A stretch of 64,000 nt of DNA, from assembly GCF_009914755.1 (NCBI RefSeq), contig NC_060930.1; one strand, given 5' to 3'. Within the stretch, counting starts at the first letter, position 1. Each line of letters begins with the position of its first letter. Under the pieces are notes generated by a model. That model was not told where the DNA came from and made no database searches. It saw nothing but the letters and a program-made list of their open reading frames with translations. The position numbers were made by a program, and so were the translations under genes. Below are positions 35,810-51,427 of the stretch, piece by piece. The DNA is from the human T2T-CHM13v2.0 reference genome, Homo sapiens.

Positions 35810-37198
35810 ATGGCAAATCATGAGACCAATTCACAGGTCGACTCCTTAAAAAAAACCAATCCCTGATCCCACGAGGCAGGACTGGTCCTAATCTTATTCT
35901 GTATATTAATCCTTGATAGCACTTGTAATCTGTTAGTGAATTGTCTATAAGTCATTGTCCACAGTTAGACTCTGAATTCTTGGAAGCCAAGCACTGTTTC
36001 TGATTCATTTTTCTAATTCTAGCATTTAACATAGAGTTCAGTAAATATTAAACACGAGTTTGGATAAACATAATCATAGTTTTAAAAAGTGCACAGCGCA
36101 ATGAATTATCCAGAGAGAATATACCTGTGTAACTATCACCCACGTCAAGAGTTAGAAAACTAGCAGCACCCCAGAAGCGCCACCTTGACCCATCTTCCAA
36201 TCCCTGCATGCTTCCATCTCTTCAAGGTAGCTGCTATTTTGTCTTCTACCACTACCAGGTATTAGTTTTACTATTTTAAGCATTATATAAAGGAAACCAT
36301 ATAGTATATTTAATTTTACATTCAACTTCTTTCACTCAATATTATGTTATATATTATCTATCTATATATATATATTTATATTATTGTAGGCAGCTGAGTT
36401 AGTTCATTTTGGGAGGCTGTATAGTATTCCATTGGATGAATACACCACAATTTATCTACTTGACTCCTGTTGGATATTTATTTCCAATTTGAGGCTTTTA
36501 TATATTATGCTCTTATAAAGTCTTATATGTGTTTTATAATATACATGGACACAATTTCTGTTAGAAATGAATTTTCCAGGTCTTTGGGCACAGCTCTGTT
36601 CAGCTTTAGTAGATAATGCAAAACATTTTTTTCAAAATGTTATGCCAGTTTATACTCCCAACTGTACTATGTATGTTCCCATTGCTGTGGATTTTGACCA
36701 ACACTTGATATTATCAGTCTTTTAAATTATAGACACTCTGGCATGTGTGGTATGTGTGTATGTCTGTGTAATAGTATTACATTGTGGTTTTAATCTGTTT
36801 TCCCCATGATTAGTGAGCTTGAGAACTTTTTAACATTTTTATTGGCCATTTGGATACTCTCTTTTATGAGTTTCCTGTTCAAATCTGTGTTGCTCATAAT
36901 TTCTATTAGGCTTTCTGGCCTTTTATTTGATTTTCAAATGGTAATCCAATCTTGGATTCATAAAATAATCCAGACTTATTTGTGATGTATTATTCTTTTC
37001 TTGATGCATTACTACATTGTTTTTTAATATTTTGTTCAGTTTTTGCATCTATGTTCATAATGGCATTGTCTATAATTTTTCTTTCTAGTAATACAATTGT
37101 CATAATCTGATGCTAACTTATTCTGGTCCCATAATAATACAACCCCAAATTGGGATGTATTTTTTCTTTTAATCTCTGGAATAATTTGTGTAAGATTA

Positions 37199-37768
37199 CT
37201 ATGGTAGGCAGTCTCTAAGATCATATCCCAAAAATTCTATTATCCTGGTATTCATGCCCTTGTGTAATAACCCCCCTTTAGTGTGGGCCAGATTTAGTGA
37301 CTCATTTCTAAGAATATAATCTATCAGGGATGAAGGGATGTCACCTTCAAGATTAGGGTACAAAAAGACTGTAGCTTCAGTCTTCAGTGCTCACCATCCC
37401 TTGCTCAGTCTGAGGAAGCCATCTGTCATGTTGTGAACAGCCTTATGGAGAGACCCACATGGTAAGAAACTGAGTAAGGTCTCTGGCCAACAGCAAAGGA
37501 AGAAGTAACACCTTCAGTCAACAGCCTGTGAAAAACTGAAGCCTGTCAACAACCACATAAGTGAGCTTGGAAGTACACACTTTACCAATCAAACTTTCAG
37601 ATAAGACTGCAGCCCCAGCCAAGAGCTTCCCTGTGGAAAAACCTTGGATCAGAGTCATCTGGGTAGGCCACACCTGGATTCCTGACCCATAGAAACTGTG
37701 AGATAATAAATGTTGTTTAAAGTTACTAAGTTTTGGGATACTGTGTTTTGCAGCAATAATCAATATAA
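37199..37768 (+). mobile_element. MLT1 (E/F-like) LTR
   Basis: GATTCCTGACCCATAGAAACTGTGAGATAATAAATG...CAGCAATA. Confidence 0.85.
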
Positions 37769-39020
37769 TTACCATTATTTTTCTTTTAAATGTTTGAAAG
37801 AATTCACTGGTAAAATCATTTAATCTTGGAGTCTTCTTTATGGACAGACCTTTAATTACATATTTAGTTTAATAATTATAGTACTATTTAGATTTTCCAT
37901 TTCTTTCACTTAGTTTTGTTAAGTTTTATTTTTCTAGGAATTTGTCCATTTCTCTACATTTTCACATTTACCGGCATAGAGTTGTGTCTAAAATCTTACT
38001 ATCTTTATGATAATTAAGATTCTCATTGTAAGATCTGTAGGATCTGAAGTATGTTCCCTTCCACATTCTTGATACTGGTTATTTATGCCATCACTTTTTC
38101 CTGCACCAGTCTTACCAGGAGCTTGTCAATGTTATTAGTCTTTTCAAAGAAACCACTTTTGGCTTTGTAAGTCCTCTCTATTTTTATTAATTTATTTCAT
38201 CTATTTATCCTTTTCTTCTACTTTCTTTAGGTTTACTTTGCTGTTTTTCCCTAAAGCATTTCCTTTCCAAATTTATTTTTTGTAAATTTAAATTTTAAAC
38301 TTATTTTTGTAATTTTTTGTAAATTTAAATGTACAGTTAAAACATTCTTAAAGTTTATTTAAAATCATACATTTTCCTTGAAGCATGGATTTAGTTGCAT
38401 CCCCAAAATTTCAATGTCATACTGTAATCCTTTTTCAGTTTGCAATATCTTCTAACCTCCGCTGTGATTTCTCCTTGGCCCAGGACTTATGTAGAGGTAT
38501 ATTTGAGTTTTTTCTAGTAATATTTTACTTAATGATTTCTAGCTTAATTCTACTGTCATCAGAACATACTCTGTATAATCTTAACATTTTGAAATTAGTT
38601 GAGTCTTGTTTTATGGCCCAGCATGGGATCACGTTTTATACATATTCCTGTGTACTTAAAAATTATTTGCATTATGAACATTATGTAATAGTAAGTACAC
38701 TGTTCTGTATATGCCAATTTGAATTAAGCTTGTTAATTGTCTTGTTCAAAGCTTCTATATTTAAAGTGCTTTTTCTATCAATTATTGAGGAAGCTATGTT
38801 ATTTGCTGAAAATTTAGAATTCTTATACCTTATTGTTGAAGTAAATATTTAATTATTATGAAGTATCTCTTTTTATGTCTAGGAATACCTGTTACCTCAG
38901 TGAACTTTCTCTGATATTAATCTTTGTGATGTGATATTAAATTACACCAGTTTTATTTTCATTAGTGTTTGTACACTATATCTTTTCCATTCATTTACTT
39001 TCCATCTTTCTGTGTTCTCA

Positions 39021-39380
<360 letters not shown>

Positions 39381-39561
39381 AAATCCAGCTATTAATATTT
39401 TAATAAAAGCATTTAGTTGCTATGTAGTTAACGTATGTCTTGATATATTGGGGTTTACATCCTCCTAGGCTTCATGCTTCTCTTGCCTATTCTAGTTCCT
39501 TCTCCTGTACCTCCTCCCCCCTTCCATTTTGCTTTCTTTTTGAATTAACTTGGTATTTTAA

Positions 39562-41001
<1,440 letters not shown>

Positions 41002-42531
41002 TCTTTTATGTATTTTCTAAACTTTTATTTTTCTATGCTTCATTCTAGATATTTTCTTCAGATTTTCCTACTCCACTCCTTCTCTCTTTAGCTGTCTCTA
41101 ATCTGCCATAAATCTTATCCATTGAGTTTTTCTTTTATCATAATTTTTAGTTGTAGAACTTTGTTCTTTTATAGCATTTCTAGTTCTCTGCTTAAGTTGC
41201 CAATCTTGTCATTTATTTCTTTAAATATATTAATCAGTGTTACTTTAAAATCTGTATAAGAGAATGATATTACTGAGATATGGCAGGATCCCCTGTGAGT
41301 CCATTTCTATTGTCTATCATTTCTCTTGGTATTCAGTCACATTGTCTTGACTCCTTATGTACATAATAATGACTGCCTGAATTCTGGACATTACACATAA
41401 AAAATGAGAGAGAATTTAAGGGCTAGGACAATGTTATTAATATATTTCTCCAAAGAGGAATATAAATTTGCTCTTTATAGACATCTAGGGATATTACCCA
41501 TCTCAATTATCTTGATCCCACCAGGGATTGAGGTGATTCGCAGCTGAATTGCAGTGTCTGTGAGGAACGGTCTATTTCTATACACATTTACTCCCATGCT
41601 ATATAGCCTTTCAGGGTCTCAATCCGAAGTTTTGGGAAGTTTAGCAGACAATTGCTGTATCAGACCCCAAACTCAGTTTTTTGTTCCCTAATCCACTGAG
41701 TTTGTCAAAAACTCTGCTAAGCTTATCAGACTCTCAGCTACCTCTAATGGAACATGCAGAGGTCCCTAAGGAAACAGTGGGCCCAAATGCTCACCTCTCT
41801 GTACTTCTTTCTTTTCCCAGATCTCAGTACTATAATTATTCACTAACTTCTTAGGACTCCAATGTATCCGACCAAATTTTTAAAAAAATTTGTTCTCTGA
41901 GGGAGGTTGGTTTAAATGGACTATTCTGCCATAAACAAAAGCAAATCCCCATTTATAAATATTTTATTATCACAAATACTTGTCCATTCATGGTAGTATG
42001 CTGGGGGCATAGCAGCACACATAATAAATTTCATATAAATAAAGTGTACAATTTTTCTGTCTCATTAGAGAACATATTTGCGGCATTATTTGTTAGCATG
42101 TCATTATCATAGGTTTTGACAGGATGGTAGGGAATAAATATTATTCCTTAATTCCATAGGTTTTAGAGTATGGAGGGATCATGTAAATTTACCTAAACTC
42201 CTCCCTTCCCATTTCATAGAGGCAGCAATAGAGCCCCAGGGATGTTGAGTGACTTATCCAAGATCAAACAATCAGCTAGTGGCACAAGCAGATTCTTAAA
42301 TCAGTTATCACACTTCTAGAGCGCTGAGGTCTTTCTTCCATAACACACTGGTGTTGTTTGAGAAAGCTTCTATACATGAATTGGAGTTTCAAGTATGTTT
42401 CTGATACTAAGAGAGAAGTGAGGCTAGAGGACCCGAGATGATAGGGCATTCGAGTCATTAGGTGCAACTTGAAAAAAAAAAAAAAAGGCTTAGGTAGGAA
42501 TGGGTTGATCACGTAAATAAACTGATGGATC

Positions 42532-42849
<318 letters not shown>

Positions 42850-43292
42850 AAACTGACGGATCGAAGCGGCTGGGTTGGGCGGTAAACAGGCCGTGGGTAG
42901 GGAGGACAGAGAGGCGGCGTTCGCTCCTCTGGGACTTTTCACGCCTCGTTTTGTTTTTTTTCTTCAGATGTGGCTTTTTCCTGACGCAGGGTCCAAGCAG
43001 TCAGCTTGAGCTTACTCTTCTGTGAAAGCGGAAAGTCTCCTCTGAGGAAAGCGGTTGAACTTGTGGAGGGCGTGCGAGACGGGCGTTCTCCCCCATGCCA
43101 GGCGAATGGTGCGGCCTTGAGCTGGTCCAGCAGCCGGCTCGATGACAGGTCTGAGGGAGGCCCCAGAGGCGGCGGGAAGGTGGCCCGCAGAACGCGGGTT
43201 CTGTAAAGACACGTGGAGAAGATTCGATTCCGAGAACAGGAAGAGGCGGATGGAAAGACAGCCAGGCGGCTGCCGGGAAGGGGGCTGCCAAG

Positions 43293-44831
43293 ATGGCGTC
43301 GGCCTCCTCCCAACCGTCGTTGGCGGTCGGTTTTTCATCCTTTGATCCCGGGGCCCCTTCCTGTACCGCGTCCTCAGCATCTGGAATCTTGAGCCCCACG
43401 GCATCTGAGGTGCCTTATGCCTCTGGCATGCCCATCAAGAAAACAGGCCATCGAGGTGTCGATTCCTCAGGAGAGACAACATATAAAAAGACAACCTCAA
43501 CAGCCTTGAAAGGTGCCATCCAGTTAGGCATTACTTACACTGTGGGGAGCCTGAGTACCAAACCAGAGCGTGATGTCCTCATGCAAGATTTCTACGTGGT
43601 GGAGAGTATCTTCTTCCCCAGTGAAGGGAGCAACCTGACCCCTGCTCATCACTACAATGCCTTCCGTTTCAAGACCTATGCGCCGGTTGCCTTCCGCTAC
43701 TTTCGGGAGCTATTTGGTATCCCGCCCGATGATTACTTGTGCTCCCTCTGCAGTGAGCCGCTGATTGAACTCTGTAGCTCTGGAGCTAGTGGTTCCCTGT
43801 TCTATGTGTCCAGCGACGATGAACTCATTATTAAGACACTCCAACATAAAGAGGCGGAGTTTCTGCAGAAGCTGCTTCCAGGATACTACTTGAACCTCAG
43901 CCAGAACCCTCGGACTTTGCTGCCTAAATTCTTTGGACTGTACTGTGTGCAGACAGGTGGCAAGAACATTCGGATTGTGGTGATGAACAATCTTTTACCA
44001 AGATCCGTCAAAATGCATATCAAATATGACCTCAAAGGCTCAACCTACAAACGCCGGGCTTCCCAGAAAGAGCGAGAGAAGCCTCTTCCCACATTTAAAG
44101 ATCTAGACTTCTTACAAGACATCCCTGATGGTCTTTTTTTGGATGCTGACACGTACAATGCTCTCTGTAAGACCCTGCAGCGTGACTGTTTGGTGCTGCA
44201 GAGCTTCAAGATAATGGACTATAGCCTCTGGCTGTCAATCCACAATATAGATCATGCACAACGAGAGCCCTTAAGCAGCGACACTCTTCAAGTGTCAATC
44301 GACACTCAAAGACTGGCTCCCCAAAAGGCTCTGTATTCCACAGCCATGGAATTCATCCAGGGAGAGGCTCGGCTGGGCGACACCATGGAGGCCGATGACC
44401 ATATGGGTGGCATCCCTGCTCAGAATAGTAAAGGGGAAAGGCTTCTGCTTTATATTGGCATCATTGACATTCTACAGTCTTACACGTTTCTTAAGAAGTT
44501 GGAGCACTCTTGGAAAGCCGTGGTACATGATGGGGACGCTGTCTCAGTGCATCGCCCAGGCTTCTACGCTGAACGGTTCCAGCACTTCATGTGCAACGCA
44601 GTATTTAAGAAGATCCCCTTGAAGCCTTCTCCTTCCAAAAAGTTTCGGTCTGGCTTATCTTTCTCTCTGCATACGGGCTCCAGTGGCAACTCCTGCATTA
44701 CTTACCAGCCATTGGTCTCTGAGGAACACAAGTCACAAGTGATAAAGGTGCAAGTGGAGCCAGGTGTTCACCTTGGTCGTTCTGATGTTTTACCTCAGAC
44801 CTCAGAATCCACCTTTGGAGGAAATCAGTGA
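43293..44831 (+). CDS. 512-aa ORF, type I phosphatidylinositol-4-phosphate 5-kinase alpha-like; translation unproven
   Basis: Good Kozak context AAGATGG; motifs [30 protein letters not shown] and KKLEH all in one frame. Confidence 0.6.
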   Translation: MASASSQPSLAVGFSSFDPGAPSCTASSASGILSPTASEVPYASGMPIKKTGHRGVDSSGETTYKKTTSTALKGAIQLGITYTVGSLSTKPERDVLMQDFYVVESIFFPSEGSNLTPAHHYNAFRFKTYAPVAFRYFRELFGIPPDDYLCSLCSEPLIELCSSGASGSLFYVSSDDELIIKTLQHKEAEFLQKLLPGYYLNLSQNPRTLLPKFFGLYCVQTGGKNIRIVVMNNLLPRSVKMHIKYDLKGSTYKRRASQKEREKPLPTFKDLDFLQDIPDGLFLDADTYNALCKTLQRDCLVLQSFKIMDYSLWLSIHNIDHAQREPLSSDTLQVSIDTQRLAPQKALYSTAMEFIQGEARLGDTMEADDHMGGIPAQNSKGERLLLYIGIIDILQSYTFLKKLEHSWKAVVHDGDAVSVHRPGFYAERFQHFMCNAVFKKIPLKPSPSKKFRSGLSFSLHTGSSGNSCITYQPLVSEEHKSQVIKVQVEPGVHLGRSDVLPQTSESTFGGNQ

Positions 44832-46596
44832 GGGCTCACTATTACTGACCACAGTTTCTCACCTGTAGTTGGAAAGACTTTGCATATGCTAACTACAAGT
44901 ATAACCTTGGAAAAACTTGAATGTACAGAGTCAGAGTTCACCCATTAAGCGCAAAGCCTCAGAAGACCTGGAACAAGATTCTGCTTCTCTGTGATCCCAA
45001 GATGTCAGCCCTTGCCCCAGCAATGTTGAATTTTCTTCTACTTGGTCATCAAAAAAGGAGTGTAAAAGAAGCGAGGTGCACTCTCCATCTTCTTCCTGAA
45101 GAAGAGCCTCCTATTCTTCTCTGTCCTCATAAATGGGCATTAGTGCCTTGGACAGTTGAGGACCACTCCATCCTCTCCACAGCATCCCCTCCACTCCAGA
45201 GTTGGGTGGCACGGATTTTCAACTGGCTAACCTTGGTTTCCACAACTGAATTTTTTTCAGACCCCCATTCTTCATGCTGGAAATGAGATTACTGGACTTG
45301 GCAGTTTTCTTTCCCCTCATCTTTCACCAGGAACTGGACTCTTCATTTCCTCAGGACAGACTAGCTGCCACATTATCCCCACCTTAGTTCTTTCTCTCTG
45401 ATCCCTGGAAGAAAACCCCTGTAATCTCTGTATAGGTTTTTGGGGGATAAGGGTGTTTAACCACCTCCCAACTTTGTTTTTTTTTTTTTCCTGAAAAAAG
45501 GAAAAAGCGCACAGCACCAAATTTCAAGCCAGTTTCAGATCAAAAATCCAGAAGTGTTGACGAGATGCCTATCCGTAGGGTTCCCTCAGAAGAGCCACGG
45601 TGTTTGTGAAGGGAAAAGTAGTGATTGCTCTGCCAGAAGCAGCTCCTCTTTAAACTCCTCATCTCTTGATGAATTTCTTAAGGCTGAAGGAATGGAGAGA
45701 GTGGGACGTGGGGTAATCTTTACCACTTTTGTTAAAACATGAGGCAGCCATGGGTTGGGAGATCATAGCCCTTCCTGGGCAGAATCCTATTCACTGCCAG
45801 GCTATAATGATTATTACTGTTTTGCAATTTGAAATATATTCTGGTTGCTTTTCTAAATATGAAGACTTACCAAATGAATTTTAGATCATTCTCCAAAGGA
45901 GATTTTTTTGCTCTTCCCATCTTTTCCAACAGTGTTCTCCTGTTTGTGGTGCTAAGGTGAAGAGGGGACACCTCTGTCTGTTTAACAGGCAGTCCGTATC
46001 TGTGAGGCCAGCAAATATTTTCTTAAATTCATGGGGAGACAGTGGATTCTTGCCTCGGTGAGGTCATTGCTATGCCATATGTCCTACCCCCGTCTTCATG
46101 CAGAGAAGTTGGAAATGGGGGCTACATATGCCCTCTCCTCCCCACCTACAAGAGTTGTGGTTTTCCATCTGATCCTTCCACTGTTGTCAGGAGAAGAAGG
46201 GGGCCTGGTATCTCAGGCATATTGTTGAATTCCTGTTCTATCCCTTCTCTATCCCACCCTGCCTTGACAGTAGGTTAGCCCATACCCCAAATAACTTTCT
46301 ATATTAGACACCCCCAGCCAGTTTCTGGCTGCCTGTCTTTGCTGCCATGTTCTTTTTTACAAGAAGGAAAGAAACAATTCTTGCTATTTTTTTCATAATT
46401 TACTATTTATGATGTATTTAAGTGTTTTATTAAGGACAGAGTTCTGTAAGGGGTGGGAGAGAATATTTGAGGGAGGGCTGGGTCTTAGGGAAAGGAATAG
46501 GGAATCAACATTTTAATGAAGTGTCTCTATTTGCTTCTACTTTGTATCATTCGGAAAAGGCAAATGCAATATAAAAGTGATATATGGTTTTAATGT

Positions 46597-46602
46597 AATA
46601 AA
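46597..46602 (+). terminator. Polyadenylation signal inherited from the parent mRNA
   Basis: AATAAA 18 nt before the A-rich tail starting at 46621. Confidence 0.85.
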
Positions 46603-47511
46603 CTTTTATCAGTTATTTAGAAAAAGAAAAGAAACCGATGGATCATTTTGACAACAATGAAGAAAGGAGACAGGAACAAGGAAAAGTTGAGGTTATCCTG
46701 TAAAGCATCTTAAAGCAGAAAGCAAGGCTCTTAGTTTGTAATTTAATACACCTGACTGTAATAATTGTAAAACAAGGCAGGAGTCAAGGAAGGGAGGCAG
46801 CTGACGATGCCATGTGTCTGTCAGCATAAGGCAAAGGCAGAGCGAGGTGAAAAGGCATGACCAGGAAAGATGACATGCATTGTCATAAATAAATGCAGAG
46901 AGAAATAATTTTTTTTTGTGAAAACGAACGGACCCATATACTTTATAAACACAGGGTACCACTTATTCTTCAAACTATCTAAACTAGTCATGGATGAGTT
47001 TTCAATGTTTTTATATGAGTTCTTTCATGAGTCCAAAATACTATTTCTTACATTGTGTCTTTCCATAACTTATCTGCCAATAAAGATACCTGCTAGGGCA
47101 CCAGGAGCTTTAATGAGAGGCTTCTTTAATGTTATGTTACTAGCATGACTTCTGAGACACATTTATTCATCCACTCATATACTAAAGCACTCATTTGAGA
47201 AGCACTTATTAAAATTTATGCTAGAACTAAGGAAACAGATAAAAGACACAATCCCTGATGCCAAGAAGTTGCCTGCCTTGCTGATGGAATTTCCTAGTAC
47301 CCCATGTTATTCTTGGCTGTGCAAAAATTAGATTTTTAAACTTTTATTATTGTCTAAAATTATGGGTTATACCATTTAGAGAAAAAAGCCTCACTACTGT
47401 TGCAGGTTGAGGTTACCATTGGGATATTAGGTATCAACACAGGCCCCATGACAGGATTTGAGTAAAAACCGTAGCCTTTGCATAATGACAAGTCTGTGTC
47501 ACTTTTCCTAA

Positions 47512-47881
<370 letters not shown>

Positions 47882-48029
47882 TAATGACAATAAAGAGAGC
47901 CAACGCTCCATCCCAGAAGGAAGAAAATGACCATGTCACTTCTGAATGTTTGCTAGGATGCTAAAGTAAAAATGGGCTGAGGATATAAGAAATGCTAAAG
48001 TTCAGGTGGCATTGTTGCTTATAAGTCAA

Positions 48030-48181
48030 TGAAAATTAAGTCACATTAAACATTCAGTTCCTTAGACACATTAGCCACATTCCGAGTACTCAATAGTTAC
48101 ATACGGCTAGTGGCTACCATATTGGACAACACAGATAAAGAACACTTCCCCCACTGCAGAAAGTTCTACTGGACAATGCTG
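48030..48181 (+). mobile_element. MER3-like hAT fossil
   Basis: GGCTAGTGGCTACCATATTGGACA...GCAGAAAGTTCTACTGGACAATGCTG. Confidence 0.8.
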
Positions 48182-49839
48182 GAAGTGAAATGGGTCTCCT
48201 AAAAAGCTTCAAAGGTAAGGTTGTACATGGTGTCGATGAGTTTGAGTAGCAAAGAAATTATTTTAAAATTATAATTAAATGTAATAAGAGATATTTTTAA
48301 AAATTCTGTTGGAACTTTTAAAGACATAATTTAGCCAAACAAAAATGATACAAATTTTCTCCTGGAACTTTGGGTGTTTGGGTGACTGTTTTGAATCTTG
48401 TCTGTGGGACAAGCAAGAGGCCGTGCCCCTGTGTGTGGCCACCAGATGGACCTGGGATCACTGACTGTGTTGTCTTGGAGTCATCCAGCTGTTGGCTGAC
48501 AGAAAAGGGAAGGGCATTCACCCTGCATGCATATACATGCACACAGACATACCCTGCCTGCCTGTTGCCAGCTTCCATAACATGGGGGAGAAACTTTTAA
48601 AAAAGAAGGTCCTCTCATTTATGTGACTAAAGTTTTGCCTTTGAACTAGTCACATGGAGAAACAGAATGGCCTCATCTGCAGTAGATTTTAGTTAATGCA
48701 ATTTATCTGGCTCATGTTGACATACTATACTATTCTACACTCTACTTACTTGCTCAAATCGAAGTCAATTTGATACATCCTACTCTTGATCTTAAAATAT
48801 AAGACAGTAAATGGGTGCAGTATTTCTTGGGTTATTTGGATGAATGAGACCTAGAACAATATGAAACCTGTTACTGGGGCCTAAATGAGATTGGTCAGTG
48901 CTGGTTTCTTTTATGTCTTCTGTCTACCCCCTGGTGGAGGGATTCATTACTAGTCAGAGCCAAAGAAGGAAAGAGAAAGAGAAAAAAGCATGAATTATTT
49001 CCTGAACATCTATTCAGTCCCTCAATAATCTTGGGTTTGTTGTTTATACGAGAGTGCCAGCTCAACGGGAGAAGAGCTGAAACCCATTATTTCCCTTTGA
49101 ACATGTTCTTCACCGGGAATGGCAGGAGGAGCAGAGCAGCAGGAGGGCTGTCCTGCCAAAACGCTGAACTTGGAACTGAAGGGGCCATCGCTCTGGGTGC
49201 AAAAAAAGAGTTCTGAGCTTTGCTGCTCTGGCAGGCCTGGAATCCTTCCCTTGGCTGTGGATAATACCTAATGATTCAGAGGAAGTACTGTCAACTCTTC
49301 AAAGCAGACCTAGCTAATTGTGTAATGTTATTCTGAGGCACTGGGAGAAGCCAAAAAAGAAGGGAGGCTGGGGAGAAATTCCTTCCTTTGCAATGATCAG
49401 CTTACATCCTGCACCATCAGATTTGATTATCCTTATCTTTTCTTGCATAACTACAAATGTTATGACTGGTCATAGTGACCAGACTTCCAAAAAAAAATCC
49501 AGCCACAGTATTTGACTCTATGACTGCCTCTGGCGGTAAATTCCTTAGACTAGCTACATGCTGTGCAAAAAGCTATTTCCTTTGATTTATTCATTTCCCA
49601 GTTCTTAACTCCATCAGGTGCCCCCTTGATCTCACATTAGAGAATGAGGCAAAAAAAGAAAAGGAAAAAAGAAGTCTGTTCATTTTGCCTTATCTCCTTG
49701 CAGTTAGGAAATGTAAATATCCACTAACCTCTTTTGCTCATATTGCACAGTAATTTTTAAAATTAACTCCTTTTAACTAGCTCTTTTTTTTAATTGAATA
49801 AGTAATACAAGGACCTGATTAAAAGATTTAGGCACTACA

Positions 49840-50134
<295 letters not shown>

Positions 50135-50299
50135 TTAGGCACTACAATAAATAGAAAAAGGAAAAGTAAGTATCCCTCCCATTGCAGACCTGCAGACCCT
50201 TGATTCCTCAGACCCTACCCTGAGGCAGTCATCAGTACCAGCTGCTGGTATACACTCTAGAAATATCCAAATGCAAGCATGTGTGCATTTTCTCCTTTT

Positions 50300-50680
50300 A
50301 AAATGTATCTTTCTTTTTCACATAATAACATCTTGGAGATCATTCCATATTATCATGTTTAGTGCTAACCCATCCTTTTTCATGGCTGCATAGTATTCCC
50401 ATTCAAATATACCACACAATTGATTAACCAGTTCCATATTAATGGATATTTATGTTGTTTCTAGTATTTTTCTCATATGAAAAGCTACAACAAAGACCTC
50501 TGTACACATCTTAACAAGTATGTGCCATACCTTGTTAAGCACATACCAGCCAGTATGTGCATTTTAAATGTTGATAGATATTTTCAGATCGCCCTCCAAA
50601 GAGGTTACATCAATTTATACTCTCCTTTGAGAGTATGTAGGAGTATGTAGGAGTCCTCTTCCTCACTTCTTTGCTAACAT
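50300..50680 (-). mobile_element. Old L1ME-like fragment
   Basis: ATGGCTGCATAGTATTCC...CAATTTATACTCTCC. Confidence 0.65.
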
Positions 50681-51118
50681 ATATATTAACTATAACAAAT
50701 AACTAATAATATTTTACAATCTTCCATCATATGACTGTTCTGCCTGAAAAACCACACAAGATGCAGTGACCTCTACGTAACCATCAGGTCCTGACATTAA
50801 GCCTTTTGCCCAGTCTCCTGTAACACCACTCTCACCTGTATAAGCCCTAACATCTAATAGGGAAAACAAGCAAGATGAAAAAAAACAAAGAAAACGGGTT
50901 ACATAAACTAACGAACCAGCGCCACCTACACGTCCCTGGGCTTCTGTACCACCAAATTCGTGAACTAGCCAATTTGCACCTATAACTGTTTGTGTATGTG
51001 TTTTGGGGGATGGAGTTACCAAAAGATTCCTAAAACGGTCTGCGATTGCTACTTAAAAAAGATAAGCATCAGTGATCTATGTAATTAAAAAGAGAGCAAG
51101 AGAAAATTAAAATTGGAG

Positions 51119-51427
51119 GGCTGGATGCAGTGGCTCACGCTTGTCATCGCAGCACTTTGGGAAGCCGAGGTGGGAGGATTGCTTGAGGCCAGGAGTTCAA
51201 GAGCAGTCTGGGCAACACAGCAAGACCCCTGTCTCTACACAAAAATAAATTAGCTGGGTGTCATGGCATGTGCCTGCAGTCCCAGCTACTTGGAAGGCTG
51301 CAGCAGGAGGATCGCTTAAGGCCAGGAATTCAAGGCTGCAATGAGCTATGATCACACCACCGCACTCTAGCCCAGGCAACAGAGCAAGACCTTGTCTCTA
51401 AAAACAAAAAAGAAGGAAAAAAAAAAC
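51119..51427 (+). mobile_element. Alu (AluJ)
   Basis: GGATTGCTTGAGGCCAGGAGTTC in both arms. Confidence 0.93.

Larger units (their letters stand above)
42863..46631 (+). pseudogene. PIP5K1P1: Full-length processed retrocopy of PIP5K1A (probably PIP5K1P1; symbol from recall)
   Basis: Intronless; GC-rich 5'UTR 42863-43292; PIP5K1A-like CDS; long 3'UTR; AATAAA 46597-46602; short A-rich tail; flanking direct repeats; no PSMD4 part, so not PIPSL. Confidence 0.9.

Noticed and set aside
42939-43404. Three overlapping antisense ORFs of 124-132 aa
   Set aside because: Expected in GC-rich sequence antisense to the retrocopy 5' end; no homology evident
42863-46631. PIPSL (PIP5K1A-PSMD4 chimeric retrogene) or the true PIP5K1A gene
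   Set aside because: No PSMD4 sequence; the PIP5K1A last exon and 3'UTR are present; intronless with TSDs
50632-50655. GAGTATGTAG tandem duplication (similar short ones near 27910 and 52737)
   Set aside because: Ordinary slippage duplications; no array structure
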